A stretch of 64,000 nt of DNA from Balanoglossus misakiensis (Eukaryota > Animalia > Hemichordata): assembly GCA_040954595.2 (NCBI GenBank), contig CM082582.2:13614327-13678326 (forward strand), given 5' to 3'. The notes below the pieces were generated by a model. The model was not told the DNA's origin. It saw only the letters and a program-made list of their open reading frames with translations, and searched no databases. The first letter of the stretch is position 1. Each line of letters starts with the position of its first letter. Below, one piece after another: positions 10,501 to 24,600 of the stretch. The translations under genes and the position numbers were made by a program.

Positions 10501-13500
10501 TTGACCTTTGACACAAACACCATTAAAGTCAAATAGCCAGTTTTGGAGAATAGTTACCATTGATTCGGCTGTGGCTTGGATTTGAAAAAAAGGACGGGAA
10601 CTTTGAGCAGTTTAGCCAATTACTGGCAAAGCGGTTGGCACACACTATAGCCCTTTTGTCTGTGGTAGTTGGATAGAAAATAGTTATCTTGGATATATTT
10701 GAATAGAATAAGGGTGTTACATAATTAGCAGTGTAGAAAACTTGTAAAATTAGTTTACCTCAAACAGTTGGCCTGTTACATCATTATACCCTCAACAGAT
10801 TAATATGCCCCAAAAAATGATAAGATTGTACTTGAATTAATTTGAAAATATTTCGCAAACGAGGGAGCATTTTCGACATGAAACTGAATCAGAGAATTCA
10901 ATTACTTTGTGTGGTGTGAGAAAATCCATTTTCAGACGTAACCAAAACAAAAGTACAAAAAAATTCAAATTTATTGTTTGTTTGATTTCGCGTAATTGAA
11001 ACTTATCGAACCACCTTGATGCACTGACAAATCAGAGCAATTTGACGAAAATATTGTTTAAAAGCAAATAAGGATGGTTGTTTATATCTGTGAAACTGTT
11101 GTTATGTAATCAAGATGGCTGACCTGTTTACTGCTGGCTTTTTTCAGGGGTTAATGACCTACGGCACTGGAACAACAGTAGTTGATTGTACGGTGAAAAT
11201 TTCTTTTTAAAATATCAGTTGGGATTAGGTTCACAACTGTTTTCAAATATTTCTTTCTTGTAAAACAACACTAGCAATAAACAGTCCGAGTTTGATTTTG
11301 AGAGTATTTAACCCGGTTTATTTGACAAAACCAGAAAATGAAGCCCTACAAATGCTGGTACACATGTACATTCAAACCCATTTTTGGTTTCTGGAAATAC
11401 AGCTTCAATGTCCATAAACATATAATTTTTCATTGTGATTCTGTTTTATTGGACAAAAAATCTCGTATCAAAGTACAAATAAATCCTCCCACCTTGGTAT
11501 AATTCTATATCGAAACAGTATGTGATTCTCAAAAATAAAAAATAATAAAAATAAAGGAGCATTATTAGCTGGTTGTGACCGGTTTCTGCTTTGTGTTCAA
11601 CATTAGAAAATCTCATGACAAATGGTTGGGATAAATATTATGGCTGGCATGGCATGGCTTTTTCACCCAATTTTCTCTACAATTAATCATGCCTTCATTT
11701 TCTTTCATTTTCAAGATTTTAAGCGGCAAATTAAGAATAATGTGTGGGTTGGTTATGAATAATGGATGTGCAGATGGATTTTTTTTTACTCCGATGTTTT
11801 ATACTTTTTGCTCTTTTTTTTCATTTTTGGAAGTTGGGGGTGTACATGGTATAATATACCAGCCCATTTGCCATGTTTCCTTTTCAAAAGAAACACACTC
11901 TGAATAAAAACAAAGATATTAATAAAATCCCATCTATAAGCAGCTTAATTTTGATGTGCAGTCAAAAAAAATGGTCCGAAAGAAAGGTGGATAGCTGTAT
12001 CAGCCACTTTGTATCACAGTGGAAATCTCTAACCCACCTACACATGTCTGTTGCCTGAGCCCCAGAAAAAACCTGACCACAAATTTTAAATTTGAAAAGA
12101 TTCTGCTTCTAAAAATTGCTAACCTCACATCTGCCATTGCCAGAAACGAATCTGCGCTAAATCCTTTAATTTTTTTTCAGGGAGAAAAGTGCATTTGATG
12201 CAAGAGACCGAATCAGTGGGGCTGCAGTATTTTTCTAATGGAGGCTGGGTGGTTATGTGGGTGGATAAATGAAGGGGTTTCACTTCCTATCGGCCATCAT
12301 ATTTGTACCATTATTATATCCCATCTAGAATGGTTCATTCAAATACCATGTTGGATGACATTGGCAGATGGTGGATTAAACAAAATAATGGCCCAACGAA
12401 ACAAAATCAAAATGTGATATTCAAAAAAAATACTAAAAAAGAGGCTTGAAAATTTTCATCGTTCAATTTATAAAAAGTAGCGCAACTAGATAAAATGTGT
12501 AAAATGAAAACAGACCATGAATAAAGCAAATAATTGCTCAGTAAAAATATTAACAGGCCACATTTACATGCACATGTATCAAATTTGAAACCAAGACTGT
12601 TTTAATAATGTTCTGCTTGGCATCAGAGGGCTTTGGATGTTGTACACAATTACTTCGTGAACTTTTCTGTTTCAGTAAATGTCAATGGACTTTCAAGAGA
12701 TGCGAGATGCTAGAAATTTTTTCATTGTCATCAGATCAGATATACATTGAATGTTTTGATGTGGTGTCTGTTTGGTCAGCCGTAATATGGCCGTGAATAG
12801 ACCACAGATTGGGGATAATACTATTTCAGTTCTTTAAGTTGCATTGTATGGTGTTAATCAGAAAATGCTTAGAATTGACAGAAAATTTAGACATCGTAAC
12901 ATCAGTTTGTCCAAATCTGACAACTTTTAACACCAACTATTGTGTATTGTAAAACTGACTTTGACAAGCTGAATTGTCTTGTTGACGGAAAATTGCGAAA
13001 TACTATATGAAGGATACGTAATGCTGATTTTTGTCAAATAATCTTGTCTTTAGATTTGCTGAAAACCACTGCATCAATAGAAGCAGTAAACTGGCCACAT
13101 CAGAGAGATAATCTTCATCCTGCTGATAATGTAAACAAATCTCTGAATGAGAATTGTGATTGGATAGCATCATGTCATCAGACCTTGGTTACGAAGACTT
13201 GACTTTGTAAAAACTTACAATCAAATGCAAGATAAACTGAACCCCTCGCTCCCTTAAGCCCTGAATGTATCTTGTTTGTCAGTTCAGATTAATTAAGATC
13301 TTGAGTCCACAGTTGGTTAATTTAAAGACAGATAAATTCCAAAGTCCTTGCAAAGCCCCCTGGCCAGTCTGAACAGATTCTGCAGAAAAAAGAGAAAAAA
13401 ATCTTCATATCTTAACAATCATGGATTCTTCCTGTGTCTTAATTCAGAGGGACTGCGAGTAATTTAAGAAAAAGTTGTTTCATGATGAAAACGAAGAGCA

Positions 13501-16500
13501 CTATTTCTGTTTCTCTTACAGAAAAAAAACGTCTAACAAAGCAGACAGAATTAAATCTTCATTCCGAAGTTACTAAGCTTGGTTCTCATAAAACAGATCA
13601 TTTTGTCAAAAAAGCAACGATGGCGGCAGTGAAGTTGTTGAACAGCTGATGAAGAATCCAGTAAAAAGTCTGGTAAGCTGGCATTACGCTTATCTCGGCA
13701 CGGCAAGGGTTTGTGAGTGTGTAGGAAGGCCGTATTAGGAGCCATTCGCCGGACGACAATGACAACAATGGTAGAAGATAACAAACACAGTTATTTTCAA
13801 CTAAAGAAAAAAAAGAAATGAAATTAGATGGTTTTGTGAAGACTTTTCTCAAAATACTGCGCTTCAGGAAAAGCGTGGGCTCAAGTCTTGTAAGAGAACA
13901 CTAAAAGACCGTTTCTTTCTGTTGTGCAAATTTCTGTTCTCTGTTAAAAACCCCCACTTTGTCTTTGTTACTGACAAGGCGAAGGACGCAATAAAAGAAC
14001 AGCCTTGAATGAGCAACGGCCCGAGCCCTATTTAAGTGTTGGGCCAGCGCTGACTTGAATAAAGCTACCATCCAGAGGTTTTTTATGACAAGTATAACCT
14101 TGGCACTTCCTGTGTGTTTGCTCAGTACCTGCCATGGCGGCAGAAGAAACTGACATGAACGTCCTGTCGGTCGTCAGTGATGGACTATGAAAACTCTTCA
14201 GCCAGAATTACAGTTACACAACAATTCTTGAAGAAATAATATTTTACGACCATTTTCCAGGGCATCCTTTCGGTAGGTGGATTATGTTTTATTTTAATCC
14301 ATTTTTTAGGGACTGGTGAATTCAACATCATCCTGAAGACATGAACATGTTTTTAACTTGTGCAAAAATTGTAGCCCTTTTAGACAATCTAATTTTTACA
14401 GGAAGAAATTGACATTAAAAAGTGATTGAATAAGATACAAAAATCCATTTCATACAGCTCTATAGTCTTGGGCAACAGCATTTCCAAAGTTTATACAATC
14501 TTGAAATATTGCATCTGAAAATATTGAAATCATTTAGTAGTTGTATTTCAGTGGATTTTGAATTAAACGGAACATCTGAAATGATAGGAATGACTACATA
14601 AAATACGAACAATCTTGGACCAGATTTGTGGAATGTTTTCAGCCTTGGTAATTTTCTCTTATTTCAATGAAATTTTTAGAAAAAAACAGACTTTTTATGA
14701 TAGTAATTGTGTTCAAGATGTGACATACATAGACTTGTGATCAAATTCATATTAAAATGCAAATATCAAAATGGGATTGTAGTGATAAAATGACATACCA
14801 GCAGATTTGAGACATTTTATGTAACACTGAGGCTTGTCAAAGGAAGCACGCATGCATAACTTGGAAATAAATGTACATTAACATGACTGGTTCAAATTTC
14901 ATCTAAAGCGAACAGCGATGTGATATAATAACCTCTCCCTGTGTCTCAAAAAATCTAAACATATTTTTTGTCTTTCACACAAGACTATTCTAAATTTGCT
15001 GACCCTAATGGCCGCCAATTTGAAAGAACTTTGAGTCTTAATGAAATCAATCGAAGACAAACAACTCATGATGAGTGAGAAATTTAATTTGTGGTGTTGA
15101 TTCATTTATGCCTACAACAAAGTCAAAATTTGGAATCCTAAACTAACTAGGATGTCAATTTTAATTGTTTCTGGAGGAAGAAAATCTAGCAAATAGATTG
15201 AACTGTAAGTCCTAAACAGATGGTCAAATGGACTCTTACATGTGTTTGTAATACTTATTTAATGACACTGTCACTTTTTTGTTCATTTCCCTGGTCAGTT
15301 CTTTTCAATTTCTTGAAGATTCAACAATGCACACAATGGGACGATACTGTCCATGTCGTAATTTCACTAAAATAATATGTATATTAATTCTATATGGAAT
15401 AATGATCAAAAGATAGAAGTCTCTTTTGTTTATATATTACCTTTAGTCCAGCAGGAGTTCTTGGCCATCTCCCCGTCTGCTAACAAATTTTCATTGCTTC
15501 ATTTGCTTTCAAAAGTTTGACATATCAGTTCATTGCAATATCAATCATTTCCAACCAATCTCGATCCCTGTGTCAAACTGAATGAAATTTATTAAGGTTT
15601 TGAAGAAGATAACTTTCACGGAATTCAAGTAATTGCAGTTTTTTTGCCAGTGTTGCAAAGCTACAGCATTCCGTTTTTGTAAACACATAAAATCACAGGT
15701 GAACATGAGTAAATCAAGTTTTTTTTTTATCACGGATGATGATATGATGATGGAGACTGGAGGTTTTGTCACTTATTGGCTGTTGTCCATTCAAAGATAA
15801 TACTGACTTTAAAAATATGACAAAGAAAGCAGTCAATGATTTCTATATGTTAACGGCTTGTTTATTCTCAGTTTTGTTGTAAATCATGGTGTCTTTTTTT
15901 GGTGCTCATTAGATCGCAGTCTCGCAATCTATTCATCGCATGAATACAAGACACTTTAGTCGCTCTGTGTGTGTCTGTGGCATGTGTTGCTAAACACTTG
16001 GTCGATCATGTAGAAGTAAAGGTCATTTTATTTGTGGTGAAAGAGGGATGCCAACTGACTGGTGACAATTTTATGCATTTGCGTCTATCGTTTGGCAACA
16101 GCAAATTGGACCCCCCAAAAACGTTATGAATATTTAACTGGAGTCAATTGGAGACAAACTCCCTGAAAAGAAGTAAAGAATTTGACTTGTGAGTGAAAAA
16201 GCTCCTTTGGGACTAGGTTTTTCACAGTAACGAAGAACCCTTTGTGATACAGTTGACAAGAAATTGGCGCTTGATGCAGGGAGAAAAAAGTTGTGCCTGC
16301 GCCTGGACAAATTGCAACACAGAGAGCCATGCACGTGTGAAAGTGGGTCGTGAAAACAGTATCGTTTCAACCAGTTCCCCAGGCATGGTAGAACGGCACG
16401 TGCACATTGTGCGAGTTTATGTCAGTTGCGATAAAGGATTCTTCAATACATTCATTGGCGGTGTGTGTAGGCTGCACTCAATTATCCGCCATTATGTAAA

Positions 16501-19500
16501 GCCACTTTGTCCCGGCATTCTTGTGTAAATCTCCCGGAGAATTGTCGCCAGCTCAAAAGAAACTTTGCAATTAGGCTGCCAAAAGAGGGGAGCTACATAG
16601 GGTTAGTCAAACATCTGCCTTACAGAATATTAGGGCGCAACTTGCTAGCAAATTGAGTAATCCGGTCTACATGTTAAGTCTATCGTTTACACTACATTTA
16701 ATGGCTCTGATCAAGCTTGTAGCAGTTTTCACATCTCCATACCTGTGAATTCAACAGATTTCCATCTCATGGAAATTAATCCACACTGAAACTCCATGTG
16801 ATAAATTGTGTAAGGGCATCATAGTCTTAGAAAAATCAACTTTGGGGTGAAAAACGCTGCTTTGATGTCCAATACAACTATCAGAAAAAATATTTGGTTA
16901 GAAATTGAATAGGATTTTCATGCTTCTTTTTTATATAAATTTGGTAAATATATAGAAATTTTATCCCAAAATGTGAGTGATTGTGTGAATATTTCCTTGT
17001 TCCAACTGATGATGTACTTGTTGGTGGCCTTGTCTCTTCCATCTACATTGGCGTGTTCCTTTGTCTGCATTCACTCATTTACTTCCCAATTATTTCCTTT
17101 GAGGTGAAGGATCAAATGGAAATATTTCATGACCAGTTCCTCCAACTCAATGCGGGCCATTTTGTCTGGAGTGTGTCATTCTCTGTGGTCTTGTCAGCCA
17201 GATCACGCTACAATGACTTTGTATTGTTGGGTTTTTTGTTATGGTTGCTGAGCTACACCATAGCGGCACGGCCAACGATTATCAATCAGCCAAGTTGATA
17301 TATTGTGATGTTTATTCCGTCTGGATTCAAGTCAAATGTAATTTGGCAGAAACATTGGTCTCAGTTGAGTTCTTGGAAGAAAATAAAGATTTACACTAAA
17401 TCATTCTGATGAGAAAACCAGAAACTCATTCAGATGGTGTTTGAAAGTGAGTAATCGGAAAGACTGGAACTTGGCGCACAGGACTGTTCCAAATGTTTAC
17501 AGTTTTTAGCAGAACAATGAAGATCCACCATAAATAGCATTGCCTACTAAAATTAATTACAAGCTTGTAGAAAAATAGATCTTGTAATATCATCACAACT
17601 AAACTAAACATCTGTCCTCAATTGAATTTTGAAAATTATAAAAACTCAATATTATATTGGTGAGAATTTGAATGCATAATGTGTATTTGTTAGTGGGTGG
17701 ATTTTTTTGACCAAAAGACACATTTTTGAAAGGCAGACAAATTCTGACTGGTGTTCAAATATTGGTATAATCTGTAATTTAACCATCGGTCATGAGTGAT
17801 ACCTGTAAAAACAAGAAAAGAAAGTATTTGAGACAATGCCACTGAGCAATGATGCGGACATCATGGAAAGCAATGTACCTGGCCACAAAATTATCAATGC
17901 GTCGCTGGTTGCTGTATATGTTACAGGTTTTGTTTATCTACTTCTAAATGGACACATGATCCTGTCACCAAGGAATGTACCAAAAGGCCTGGAACTACAA
18001 GGCCCAATAATTGGCTGCATTTTCACAAGTATAACCTACAAAGGAGATGAAGATTCTCCTCTTCAGTTCCCGTCCGGATGCTAGAACAAAATAAGACGTG
18101 TACAGAAAGGCATCTTGACCATTCGTTTTCTATTCATTCTCAGTTTCCATGACAACTTCATTGGTCTATTTGCCACAATTCTTCCCTGTTTCCTTGACAA
18201 CTACTGGCTATTAATGAGCTAGGAAAAGACCTAACCCACTCTCGAGATTTTTGACGCAAACAAGATTTTTCAATTCAACAAGAAACAAAACAGATCCTTC
18301 TAGGGGTAGATATCTCAATCTTGACCACATGACAAGAAAAAAACATGGTTAAACTCATTTTTGAAATGCATATTTCTCAAGTCTGCATGACGAATTCATT
18401 TCATTTGTTAAATTTGTCAACACCATACATGCAAGACAAACATTGATGTAGCTCCTTTTTTTAGCAATGTCAATCTACCCATTGCTGGATTTTGAATTAT
18501 GTCATTCTGTGGACAACAATTTGTATGAATTAATTTTAACCATTGCTCTGACTAAAAAGCTAACAATGATGGTAGACATTCTTGCATCTAGTTCAGTTGC
18601 TCAAGATATTAAAACATCTTTTATTTCATGACCATGTAAAACCTAGCACCATAATCAATACAATTTTTTGCAAGCAAACACCATTAATTTTTCACACAAA
18701 AGTGTTTTATGTACTCTGAGTTCACCAAATTTCACTAATTGTGGAAGTAAACCTGTTTATAATCTCCATGCTCTTATTCTTTGTTTGAAAATGTAACAGT
18801 GGGGTGTGGAGAAGAACAGTCTATATTCACTTCAATTGTCTGCATTGCGCTTCTGCCAATCACAGATGACCGACTTATTCATAGTTTCGTCATTCAATTT
18901 TCATGAAAGCTGCAGAATGTACTCTCCATTTTTTAATCATTCAAATTTCCTTTTTCTCACTCTATCTTGATTCAATCTCTTCTTGAACTGCAATCTCTCA
19001 TTTCGGTCCAGAAACATTGCTTGACCATCATCCTGTATTGGCTCAATTTGGTTGTCAAGGTAATTGTGACGCACACTTCAAAAAAGGAGAAAGAAAAAAA
19101 AGGAAAACATCTTCATAATGAAATGAATATACATAGACCTCTGGCCAATGTAATTATCATACCAGTACCTTTGTTTTGTGTTTGCAATGCATGCTAATTA
19201 ACATGCCTATTTGTTTTGTTGTTATATTTACATATTAATTAGTGGTGACCACGTACAGTAGCTACAAGGCAACTAAATGAGTTGCCTTTCATTAATGGCA
19301 CAGCACAACACCTCTGTGTTCTCTTTGCGCTGCTTCAGACATGAAAATTTATGATGATGTTGGAGTTGGGTCTGAAATGGCCAAGCTCTCTGCATTGACA
19401 AATAGCACCTCCAGTCAAATCCATCTACCTTATACGTCATTCATCAGCACTTTCATAGTGACTGGAATTTTGATTCGCGACAAAGACCAGAATACAAAAA

Positions 19501-19518
19501 ATCTGAGGCATCTCAAAA

Positions 19519-19541
19519 CATAGACAGATCTACTGTCTATG
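19519..19541. mobile_element. 23-bp micro-foldback element CATAGACAG-ATCTA-CTGTCTATG with 7-bp TSD
   Basis: Perfect 9-bp TIRs; flanks CTCAAAA (19512-19518) / ATCAAAA (19542-19548), 6/7 identical. Confidence 0.5.
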
Positions 19542-21617
19542 ATCAAAATGAAAGCCATCAGTTGCCAGACAATTGGCCTGACCACACAAATATGCAATTA
19601 ACCTTTGTGTTGTCTGTTTTCTAACAGTTTTGGCTTTTTTGACTGAAGACAGTATTAACATAAGAATTACATGGACTTTGGCATGGACTGTGCTCTCGAA
19701 AAATCCTGTCCTACTGATATTTTTGTCCATGGACTGCTTTCAAGAAGTTGACCAAAGCAAATCTGTCAACCACTCATGGAAATATCATTTTAGTGACTTG
19801 ATCGTTCTTTCCAAAGGCAATGGGTCAGAGGCTGGTGGCAAATCTGACCAAATTGAAAAGAACTTGGATTCGCTTTCTCATAAGTACTTTTTCTATGAAA
19901 AAATCAAGGTATTAATGGAATTAAAAAATATGCCAAGAGGCTTTTACAAAGATGATAGTAGCGGATTATTTTGGAAAATCTGTTAACTATGTGAACACCA
20001 AGAAACCGGATAAAAATTACAATGTGTCAAAATGTGTTGACTGATGATGGTTTTTCCTTGTTGAACTTTGATATTTGCATGATCTGTGAAACGGTAGAAT
20101 ACAGTTGTGGTACATTGAGGTTTTTTTAAATCCTCTTTATTGTTGTGCCTTTTATTGCTCTATTGCCAACTTCAACTACTGCAGTATTTATGCAGAAGTC
20201 AGCTTCATGTCAAACTGAACAATAATTTCACATATGACAGATTGTGGTAATACTACTTCTTAAGAAGCATAACACTTTTGATCCAAATCTCCAAGGAATG
20301 GAAAATGCATTTTTCTTGTCGGTTTCTAATCCCTGCAAAACTACGATCTTACGCTTTTATCAGGATCAATATTTACCACTGAAAGGTGTACAGAATATTA
20401 TTGCCAATCAAAATGCACCCTCAGGAAGAATTCAAACGACAGTTAATTCTGTAGAATCAAACCCAAAAACAATTTCTGATAAAATGTGAACACTGCTTGC
20501 TTTCATAATTCAGACTGCAATTTCATAATTGTAAATCAATATTGGTCAGTCATATTACAGATAAGATGATAGAGGAAAAAATTATCAATATTTTATGTGG
20601 TTTATCACACCCTGGACAGCTTTGATCAAACATTAAAAGTTATTAGTAGTTTTTGAGTTTCCTTGTCTGGTTGCATACATGATGGTGTGCTTATAACTGC
20701 ATCAATGATTTCGACTTCCCTTGGCTGAATTGCTAAATAATAATGGGGGAAGGATTTTATTCCAACTAGCACAAGGAGAAAAAATATTTCTGAGTCACCT
20801 CTTTAAAACTGACTAACTAAAACAAAAGTATGTTTTGGGGTTGCCTTATTTTTCCACTGCAATTTGGATTAAAAAAGCAAATTTGTCTTGAAGCTTCAAT
20901 GAAGAATGCAGACATTGAAGATGAAATATTAAAATGTTCTCTTGACCAGTGGTATGTTTCGTTTGATCTCTGAATTTGTTAAAATGCTTTTTCATAAAAA
21001 TATAAACCCAACAATTGACCAATTTAAAAATATTCGCATTTGGTCAATCAGGTTATCTAAAATTGAGTAATTCTGTGTTGACTTTTGTCCCCTGTAGTGC
21101 ACAATTTTTGATTTATTTCCTGTGTTTTTTTTTGCATTCAAGGGAATATCGTGAAAAATTTGATGATAGATTCTCTCTCTGGTGAAGTGTCTCATTCGGG
21201 TATGACCATGTTTTTACTGGAATACAAATTACACTCCAACACAATTTGAGAGTAGAATGTGACAGAAATTTGAAATGCTAATCAAGGTAGAGTGCTGGGA
21301 GGGTGAACGTTATTGGAATTTTCCTTAAATCTCTCCATGCCAAGGAAAGTGAAAGAGAATGAGCTACAGGGATAATCATTTGTTTCCCATTTACAAAATA
21401 GAATGTTTCTCTGTGTGGTTTTGTTGTTGAGAAAAAAAAATCAGAAACAATCTTCACTTCTGTTTCAAAATACATGTTTAGTTCTTTCATTAGCGCATAA
21501 CATTGCACTATTCTAGCAATAGATTTAGGGTTGGTTTCTAAGGAGACCATTTGAATACAGTCCAGTGATACTGATTTGTTTAAAGAGCTCTTTGTAAATA
21601 TGCCAAACCATATACAC

Positions 21618-21645
21618 TCTAGCTGTTAATTGGTTAACAGCTAGA
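21618..21645. repeat. Perfect 12-bp inverted repeat TCTAGCTGTTAA-TTGG-TTAACAGCTAGA
   Basis: Read directly; function unknown. Confidence 0.8.
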
Positions 21646-24600
21646 AGTTACCATCTATTATGTAATCATTTAAAAAATAAGTTGATAAATATAGCTTTTC
21701 AGAAGAGCTGAAGGTCATTGCGTGGAGTTATCACTTATGGACATGACAAACAAAAATTGGTCTGGTTCGCAGACTTAGTGACAATATTATTGAAATATCA
21801 TGATCCAAAACAATGAAAATTGGTCAGGACATTTTAACAACAGCCTCTAGATGGCCTTAAAATGTTTGTGTCATCTTCTTTTTAGTTTAGGAGGTGTTAC
21901 ACTCACAAATGGACAGTTTCATTCCTTTAGTAAGCTGTTACTTTAATGTTGGTTAATTGGCCAAACAGCTGGACAACAATTTCAGGGGGGAAAAGTGTTA
22001 AATCATGTTACGTAGATTTTTTTTTGAACACGGTATTATTTGAAATTAAACTTCCAGATGATACCAAAAATTTAGAAAGACAGAAAAAATAGGATGACAA
22101 ATAGATGGACAAATGTTTATTGGCGATGGGCCAGCATGAATATGAGACAAATTGCAAATGAGACAGACCCAAAGATGTGGCAGGAAAATCAATATCAATT
22201 TACTCGGATGTCGGCTGGAGCGTCCTTAATCTGATGAAATCAAGAACCATAGAATGGTGTGTGTCACACCTATGAATGAGGAGAAGGGATCAGGGTTATT
22301 ATTTGAATCACCCATCATTATGCAAATACTTGTGACATGTGAAGGTGTGTGCCATGCAAACAAAATGGATGCCTTGGTAACATTGCCACGTCAGAGGTTG
22401 CCATAGAAATAAATGATGATGAAAGCTCAATTTTTTACATTCTTTTTTTTTCATGTTTACTCTGATGGTGTTTAAAGTTTGTAATTTTTTTTTCAAAGAC
22501 AGACTTTTATGATAATAATCAAGATGGCACTTCTGGAAAACAAATTCATTATTTTTATACTGTATTAAAAGTTATCATTCTTGCATCAGAAGTTGCTAGT
22601 ATCATGTCTTTTAACTTGATTGTCCATTCAGTACAAAGTTTTGTGTGAAAAACTGACTCTGACTCTGGTCTTCTCCATGAAAGATGTGCATTTGTGTCAG
22701 GAGATAAAATCAGTGTCGAGATGTACCGTATCTTCAAGATATCCAAATTGTAAGACAGATTTCATTTGTCATTTTTGATGGATCCATACAGCACAAATTA
22801 AGACTATAATTGATATGCATCAGATCTCAAATGAATTCCGTAATCACACTGCGCTAAAAGAACAAATTAACATCAACTGATTTGTCATCAAGATATTCAT
22901 ATCATGAAGGCAGATATAGTTAGGCAGATTGGCCAGCATACACTCAAAATTCAAACAAGGTGTCGCTCGGAGAAGCCTTTAAGTACAGATCCACCAGTCG
23001 TTACGCGTGCACGTGTTGGCCGAGCCGCTCAACGGCCGTTACAAGTGTGATTGACCCCCTGAAAGAACTGCCCTTTTCACTGGTCCCTGTAAAGGACAAT
23101 CAAACCCTACTTATTTAAGAGTGTTGTGAGGGCCCATTGATTTAGCAGACTGCTGCTCACGCGGGTACACAAGCCTAAGGGGGAAAAGCGTTTGGGCAGT
23201 AAAACCATCGTCCCATTCATTGAGGTGGTTTTAAAAGCAGGATTTTTGTGTGTGTACTTTTCTGAGAACACGTGCCTGCTGACACATAGCGGGAAATGTT
23301 CAACTCACAGTGGCAGCAGACAGACGACCACGAGTCTGCTTCATAAATTATGCTGAAAAAGCTGGAAAGCCATTTGTCAAAGACAGGAGAGTCAAGTGAT
23401 TAAGAATGGATGTCCAGAAATAGATCAAGGACACTGACAGCTTCAATTCACTACCTGTGAAGCATCAAGGATCCATAGATGGTTTCTAGAATAAGAAACA
23501 TATACTTTCCAATCTGATATTTTAAAGATGCAACCCCCAAACCAATATTCCTTATGTTGGTACATAATTTTGCTTGGCCAATGTGCGTCCATAAAAGTAC
23601 AATTCAGAAACTGATGTTTTTATGAAACGATAACACCTCTTACAGAATGGATATGAAAATTTTAAAATCAGTTTTCAGCATATAAATTAAGTCACTTAAA
23701 ATAGCTCAGACGAAAGTTTCAGGCAGTGAGCCAAAATAACCCGAGAACTGACCATGAACTTCACTGAACCAAAGATCAAGTTCCATATGAAATACAAATG
23801 AGGAGGGACTACAAGTTGCCATGTTTATATCAACCATTTATTGTTGAATTCAGAATACAACATTTTACGAGTGAGACATTTCATGAAGACGTACTCTACT
23901 AGTATTTTTATTTCATTCTTAGGTTAAAAAACACCTTACATGCACACGTCATAAATGTTAAGCACTTAGAGAAGTGCGATAAAAGTTTAAAGAAAAATAT
24001 TCGCTGAAAAAGGTACGCGTTGCTAATATAATGTTAACAACGGATATTAAGTTGGAGTCACCTGATCTTTGAACGATGATCGACAAGTGCATTGAGTATT
24101 CGATTGGCGACCACTGGGACAACAAGCAGTGGAAATTAACAATTGACATGTCCACTGGAGCAGAACTGTGCAGGTTAATGTATTGTAGTAGTGAGTTTAT
24201 ATAACTGGATATATCTACTTGACTTATTGTTGGAGGTCAAGGTCAAGGACGGCTATCAGCTGAGCTTTGTAGTGAACTTTATGAATGGGCTGCTGCAGGC
24301 AACACTGTAAATAAACAGAGAAGATATTAATAGTGAGTTTTTGAAGTGTGAAAAATATGTCCTACAGAAATCAAGGATGCATGCATGCAGGTTAGCCAGA
24401 ATTCCTGCGTTCATGATATATTGGCCATGTGACCAGAAATAAACTTTGATATACCTGAGTGTTGTTGGCAGCCAGTCGGCATTTTATAATTATAACCAAA
24501 GGGATGACAAGAAGATGTGTTTCTCGAAAGGTTTCAGATTTACATAATTACTAGTAACTGTGACATAATATATAAAAATGAAAGCTGTTTGGTTATTTAG

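Noticed and set aside
11565-11577. TTAGCTGGTTGTG resembling the 3' half of miR-34
   Set aside because: The seed GGCAGTG is absent and no hairpin partner is visible.
16503-16516. CACTTTGTCCCGGC resembling miR-92
   Set aside because: Lacks the ATTGCAC seed and a complementary arm.
19630-19986. 118-aa ORF, and other 60-110 aa ORFs in the gap such as 25294-25482 and 29319-29519
   Set aside because: Non-ATG or weak starts, no recognisable motifs, and lengths expected by chance.
24234-24245. AGGTCAAGGTCA DR0 (NR6A1/GCNF-type) site and scattered CAAGGTCA half-sites
   Set aside because: Attractive given the let-7 pathway, but short and, from recall, common in marine invertebrate repeats; single hits are not evidence.
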